A stretch of DNA of 63,239 bases from NCBI GenBank assembly GCA_005881695.1, contig VBBT01000113.1, forward strand, positions 1 to 63,239, given 5' to 3'. The position numbers were made by a program, and so were the translations under genes. Positions 59,821-63,239 of this stretch are shown in pieces. Each line of letters opens with the position of its first letter. Position 1 is the stretch's first letter. A model generated the notes under the pieces. That model saw only the letters and a program-made list of their open reading frames with translations, was not told where the DNA came from and searched no databases. The DNA comes from Candidatus Bathyarchaeota archaeon. GTDB lineage: Archaea; Thermoproteota; Bathyarchaeia; 40CM-2-53-6.

Positions 59821-61005
59821 CTATCGATATGCTTCGAAGTCTTGCCCGAGGAGGTTTACTGCGATCTTCTGCACCATGATCTCGTCAGTTCCTTCGTAGA
59901 TTCGGCACACCCTTGTGTCCACTAAGTGTCTGGGTGCTCTTGTTTCGAAGCTGTAGCCGCTTGACCCGAATATCTGGACTGTTCTGTCGGCAGCGTCAAA
60001 GGACGCGTTTGATGCGAAATATTTTGCTTGGGCGATGAGTATGTCTGCTCGCTCGCGGATTTCCTTGTCCTCTGGTTGTTCATCACTGCGTTGTTTGAGC
60101 AGTGCCGCCTTGTATACGAGGTTCTTCGCGGCCTCCAGATTCGTTGACATTATTCCTAAATGACGTTGGACGAGTTGGTGTTTTCCGATCGGTTTCCCAT
60201 GCTGAATTCGCTGCTTCGAATAGTTGACCGCCTCGGTAATGCAATCTTCAATGACTCCCAAACAACCTGCGGCGACACTGAGTCTGCCGCTCATCAGTCC
60301 CGAATACGCGACGCCAAGCCCTTTCCCAGGGGAACCGAGCAGATTCTCCTTTGGGACCCTGCAATTGTCAAGGAAGATCGATCCGGTGTCTGAGGTCGGC
60401 ATTCCTAGTTTGTGTTTCTGTTGCTGGGCTGAGTAGCCCTCGAAACCTTTCTCGACAATGAATGCGCACATTGCATCATGTTTGCCCTTTGGATATGCGA
60501 ATATGACAGAGATGTCGGATATGCTTCCGTTCGATATCCAGGCCTTGCTTCCGTTCAGGAGATAGTGGGTTCCTTTGTCTTCGAAGGACGTTCGAAGCGA
60601 GGTGGGATCGCTGCCCGCGGTAGGCTCTGTCAGTCCAAAACACATTACCTTTTCTCCTCTTGTCGCCTGCGGAAGATAGCGCTGTTTCTGATCCTCATTT
60701 CCCCACTTTTGCACCGTCAACTGGCCCAGTGAGACGTGCCCGGAGAGAAACGTTCGGACGCCAGTTCCTTCTCGGCCGATTCTTTCCAAAGCTAGGGCAT
60801 ATGTGAGAATGTCGGCGCCCTGCCCCTCACCGTACCGTCTCGATATGGGGAGTCCGAGGAGTTGGGCCTTCTTGAAAATGGGGATAAGATGATCGTTAAA
60901 CTTTCCCGCCAAGTAAGCTTGGTCCTCTAACGGGCGGAGTTCTCGACAAGCCCGGTCAACCTCGTCTAGGACAAGCTTCTGTTCGTCTGAAATGTCGAAG
61001 TTCAT
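59821..61005 (-). CDS. Acyl-CoA dehydrogenase
   Basis: FGLTEPTAGSD, LNGSKAWISN, RIQHGKPI and IYEGT motifs; ATG 61005 (MNFDISDEQ). Confidence 0.93.
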   Translation of the reverse strand: MNFDISDEQKLVLDEVDRACRELRPLEDQAYLAGKFNDHLIPIFKKAQLLGLPISRRYGEGQGADILTYALALERIGREGTGVRTFLSGHVSLGQLTVQKWGNEDQKQRYLPQATRGEKVMCFGLTEPTAGSDPTSLRTSFEDKGTHYLLNGSKAWISNGSISDISVIFAYPKGKHDAMCAFIVEKGFEGYSAQQQKHKLGMPTSDTGSIFLDNCRVPKENLLGSPGKGLGVAYSGLMSGRLSVAAGCLGVIEDCITEAVNYSKQRIQHGKPIGKHQLVQRHLGIMSTNLEAAKNLVYKAALLKQRSDEQPEDKEIRERADILIAQAKYFASNASFDAADRTVQIFGSSGYSFETRAPRHLVDTRVCRIYEGTDEIMVQKIAVNLLGQDFEAYR

Positions 61006-61253
61006 CTTGGAGAGGTCTTCGCTACCTGAGTTTACAATTGTTTTCAATCGAAACGATCTCTCGTTTACTCTTGTCCTTAATGTGAGTTTTGCCGTTGTTT
61101 GAAGTGACGTTAACATGAGCATTTTCCATACTACTTTCCACCCCCTTGTTTTGTCAAGAAAGCATGGAGCAGGGCAGAATATATCTAGTCCGTTGACAAC
61201 GTGAGGAAGGCACAATTCTAATATGATTCGCTGATCGGTTCTTTGCCGGATCT

Positions 61254-61664
61254 TTGGCATTCGCGGGATATGATCCAGAGGCTCCAAAGGGATTTCCCCA
61301 GTTCGCTCAACTTTGTATTGATTCCGCCAAGAAGAACATGAACATGGACCTTGGCTATGACTTGGAGTCTATTAAGAAACTCGATGATGTGATTAGCATA
61401 ATCGGAAAGCCAAAGAATCTCGGCCAAATGGTTACAGTAATTGGCTCATTTCTAGGCGAAGCATTTCGTCGGATATACGATGGAAGATGGGAATGGAGCG
61501 AACAGTTCAAAACTTGGGCAGTAATGTTTCGTCTCCCTGATGGGAAGGAAGAGGGCGCTTTTGTATTTGCGAAGGTACAAAAGCGATTTGTAAACGGAAC
61601 ACAGGACTCTGTTGCTTTCTACGCTCATGTGACGGACAGCAAAGTAAAGGGCAGGATTCCCTAG
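61254..61664 (+). CDS. Hypothetical protein
   Basis: ESIKKLDDVI...GSFLGE....YDGRW pattern; function not assigned. Confidence 0.6.
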   Translation: MAFAGYDPEAPKGFPQFAQLCIDSAKKNMNMDLGYDLESIKKLDDVISIIGKPKNLGQMVTVIGSFLGEAFRRIYDGRWEWSEQFKTWAVMFRLPDGKEEGAFVFAKVQKRFVNGTQDSVAFYAHVTDSKVKGRIP

Positions 61665-61809
61665 TTCCTGCCCTCGGTGAGTAACCTACTGGCTAGACAA
61701 CATTAGTACTTAGCGCCACATTGTACAATGCTAAAATGCGAGTTTTGTCAAAACGTTATATCACTGGCCGAGGGAATCCGTTTGCGCGGCGATCGCTTTG
61801 CCAATACAG

Positions 61810-61962
61810 GTGGATGAGGAAGACATTCCATTCTTTGCTGAGGTCATAGCAGGTGGAAGGATAACAATCCCTGAAGAGATTCGGAAAATCTTCGGAGTGA
61901 AAGATGGAGACCATGTCATGTGCAGAGTACGTCTCGTAAAGCGGGCCGAAGACGTCAAGTAA
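61810..61962 (+). CDS. AbrB/MazE/SpoVT-family DNA-binding protein (absent from ORF track)
   Basis: GTG..TAA encodes MDEEDIPFFAEVIAGGRITIPEEIRKIFGVKDGDHVMCRVRLVKRAEDVK. Confidence 0.85.
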   Translation: MDEEDIPFFAEVIAGGRITIPEEIRKIFGVKDGDHVMCRVRLVKRAEDVK

Positions 61963-62058
61963 CGCAGCAACGGAGCCCGCGTGGGCCCCTGTGTGTGGAT
62001 TCCTATTTTTGACAATCTTAAATAACATCGCTAGGCTCCGCTCATCTTAGAACCCTAG

Positions 62059-63084
62059 TTGACCCTGGCCGTCTCCGATCCCGCGAGAATAATCGACGGC
62101 TTTCAGGATAAGACGGTCTTGGTCATAGGAGACCTGATGGTAGACCGGTACGTTCGCTCTCAGGGCCGAAAACTCTCAAGAGAAGCCCCGGTTCCCGTCG
62201 CGGATTTCATCTCTGAAGAGCTCGTGCTCGGAGGGGCCGCTAACCTTGCCAATAACCTAGTCGCCCTAGGAGCAAAGGTCCGCGTACTAGGAGTCGTAGG
62301 AAATGACGAGCCGGGAAAGTGGATCCAAGAGGAGTTGGAGAAGAAGGGGGTGGACATCTCAGGGGCTGTCGTGAACAGCCGTCCCACCAGCCTGAAGACC
62401 CGCTTCATCCTGAATCATCGCCAATACCTGAGGATTGACAAGGAATCCCGGACTGATGTGGAAGCGCACGTTACAAAGCAGTTCCTCTACTCTCTGGAAG
62501 ACCTTCTAGAGGACGCTGACGGGATAGTCTTCTCAGACTACGACAAAGGGGTCATCACTCCTGAACTCATAAGCAATGTCGTCGAAGAGTGCCGAGTCCA
62601 AGAGAAGAAAGTCGTGGCTCAGCCAAAGGTCCGGCACTACTTGGACTACGTAGGGGTTTCGATGGTGAAGTCCAATGTTCGCGAGGCAACGATCGCAACC
62701 GGTGTTTCCATGGTCAATGATACCTCGCTGAGGAATATGGGTCACAACCTCATGACAAGGTTGGAATGCGAAGGCCTCCTCCTCACTCGAAGCGAACAAG
62801 GCATGATCCTCTTCGAGAAGAAAAATATCACGAGCTTTCCGCCTTTCAAGGGTCCCAAGCCTGGGTTCAACGCCGTCGGTGTAAGGGACTGCATGACAGC
62901 TGTTCTAGCCATGTCCATTGTCAGCAAGGCGCCGATAGGGGAAGCCGTCCTGCTCGCCGGACTTGCAGCGTCCCAGCATGCGGACAATCTTGGAACTGTT
63001 GTCGTAGACCTGAACGATCTTCGATCTCAAGCTAACACGACACTTGAGCTTGCGGAGCAGATAGTTCAGGTCCCGGTCCACTGA
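62059..63084 (+). CDS. RfaE/HldE-like PfkB sugar kinase
   Basis: VIGDLMVDRY, SREAPVPV, GGAANLA and SDYDKG motifs. Confidence 0.85.
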   Translation: MTLAVSDPARIIDGFQDKTVLVIGDLMVDRYVRSQGRKLSREAPVPVADFISEELVLGGAANLANNLVALGAKVRVLGVVGNDEPGKWIQEELEKKGVDISGAVVNSRPTSLKTRFILNHRQYLRIDKESRTDVEAHVTKQFLYSLEDLLEDADGIVFSDYDKGVITPELISNVVEECRVQEKKVVAQPKVRHYLDYVGVSMVKSNVREATIATGVSMVNDTSLRNMGHNLMTRLECEGLLLTRSEQGMILFEKKNITSFPPFKGPKPGFNAVGVRDCMTAVLAMSIVSKAPIGEAVLLAGLAASQHADNLGTVVVDLNDLRSQANTTLELAEQIVQVPVH

Positions 63085-63086
63085 TA

Positions 63087-63239
63087 ATGGAAGAGCAATC
63101 GATTCCCATCGGTATGCTTCTGCAGAAAGCCGCCAAGATCCGAGCCCATATTCTTGAGATGGTAGCAGAGGCAAAGTCCGGCCACCCAGGCGGAAGCCTT
63201 TCGGCCGTTGAGATCCTTGTCTCTCTGTTCTTCTACAAA
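63087..63239 (+). CDS. Transketolase N-terminal subunit (truncated by window end)
   Basis: IRAHILEMV..AKSGHPGGSLSAVEIL. Confidence 0.88.
   Translation, partial: MEEQSIPIGMLLQKAAKIRAHILEMVAEAKSGHPGGSLSAVEILVSLFFYK

Noticed and set aside
61006..61287. N-terminal extension of the acyl-CoA dehydrogenase in the ORF track
   Set aside because: It spans an AT-rich divergent promoter and overlaps the opposite gene; the family-typical start is MNFDISDEQ at 61005
25..63174. Numerous antisense or overlapping ORFs in the six-frame track
   Set aside because: They are shadows of well-supported genes on the other strand or frame and have no recognisable motifs
1..63239. Genome-wide reassignment of TAG (e.g. 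pyrrolysine)
   Set aside because: Many conserved genes end at TAG at their expected C-terminus (glmS ...KSVTVE, elp3, acyl-CoA dehydrogenase), no internal TAGs were seen in conserved domains, and no pyl genes are present here

Overview
Archaeal chromosomal segment, mostly housekeeping. Markers are GatDE, the archaeal ADH/DHQ-synthase-II route, a GHMP shikimate kinase, Elp3 and BHB tRNA introns; a TACK lineage such as Bathyarchaeia is my inference. In order, the window holds: a split MetE with a divergent HTH-CBS regulator; small accessory genes including two frameshifted ones; a tRNA-Gly(TCC) with two non-canonical introns; a wHTH-wHTH-NurA-HerA module; a cysteine synthase-rhodanese fusion; a free-standing LAGLIDADG gene; elp3 and gatDE; a ~16 kb aspartate-to-chorismate-to-Trp/Tyr superoperon lacking trpF; a ~13-bp-period TGAAAC array; glmS, cofD/cofC and purA; a Tat/DUF4331 locus beside tatAC; etfBA, fixCX and an acyl-CoA dehydrogenase; and an RfaE-like kinase with the start of a transketolase. 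The most notable observations are several conserved genes that appear to need near-cognate starts (CTG, ACG, TCG/ATA), repeated in-frame TAG junctions between partner genes, the doubly intron-interrupted tRNA, the periodic intergenic array, and the NurA-HerA module without mre11/rad50. Protein calls come from motif recognition only; no database searches were run.
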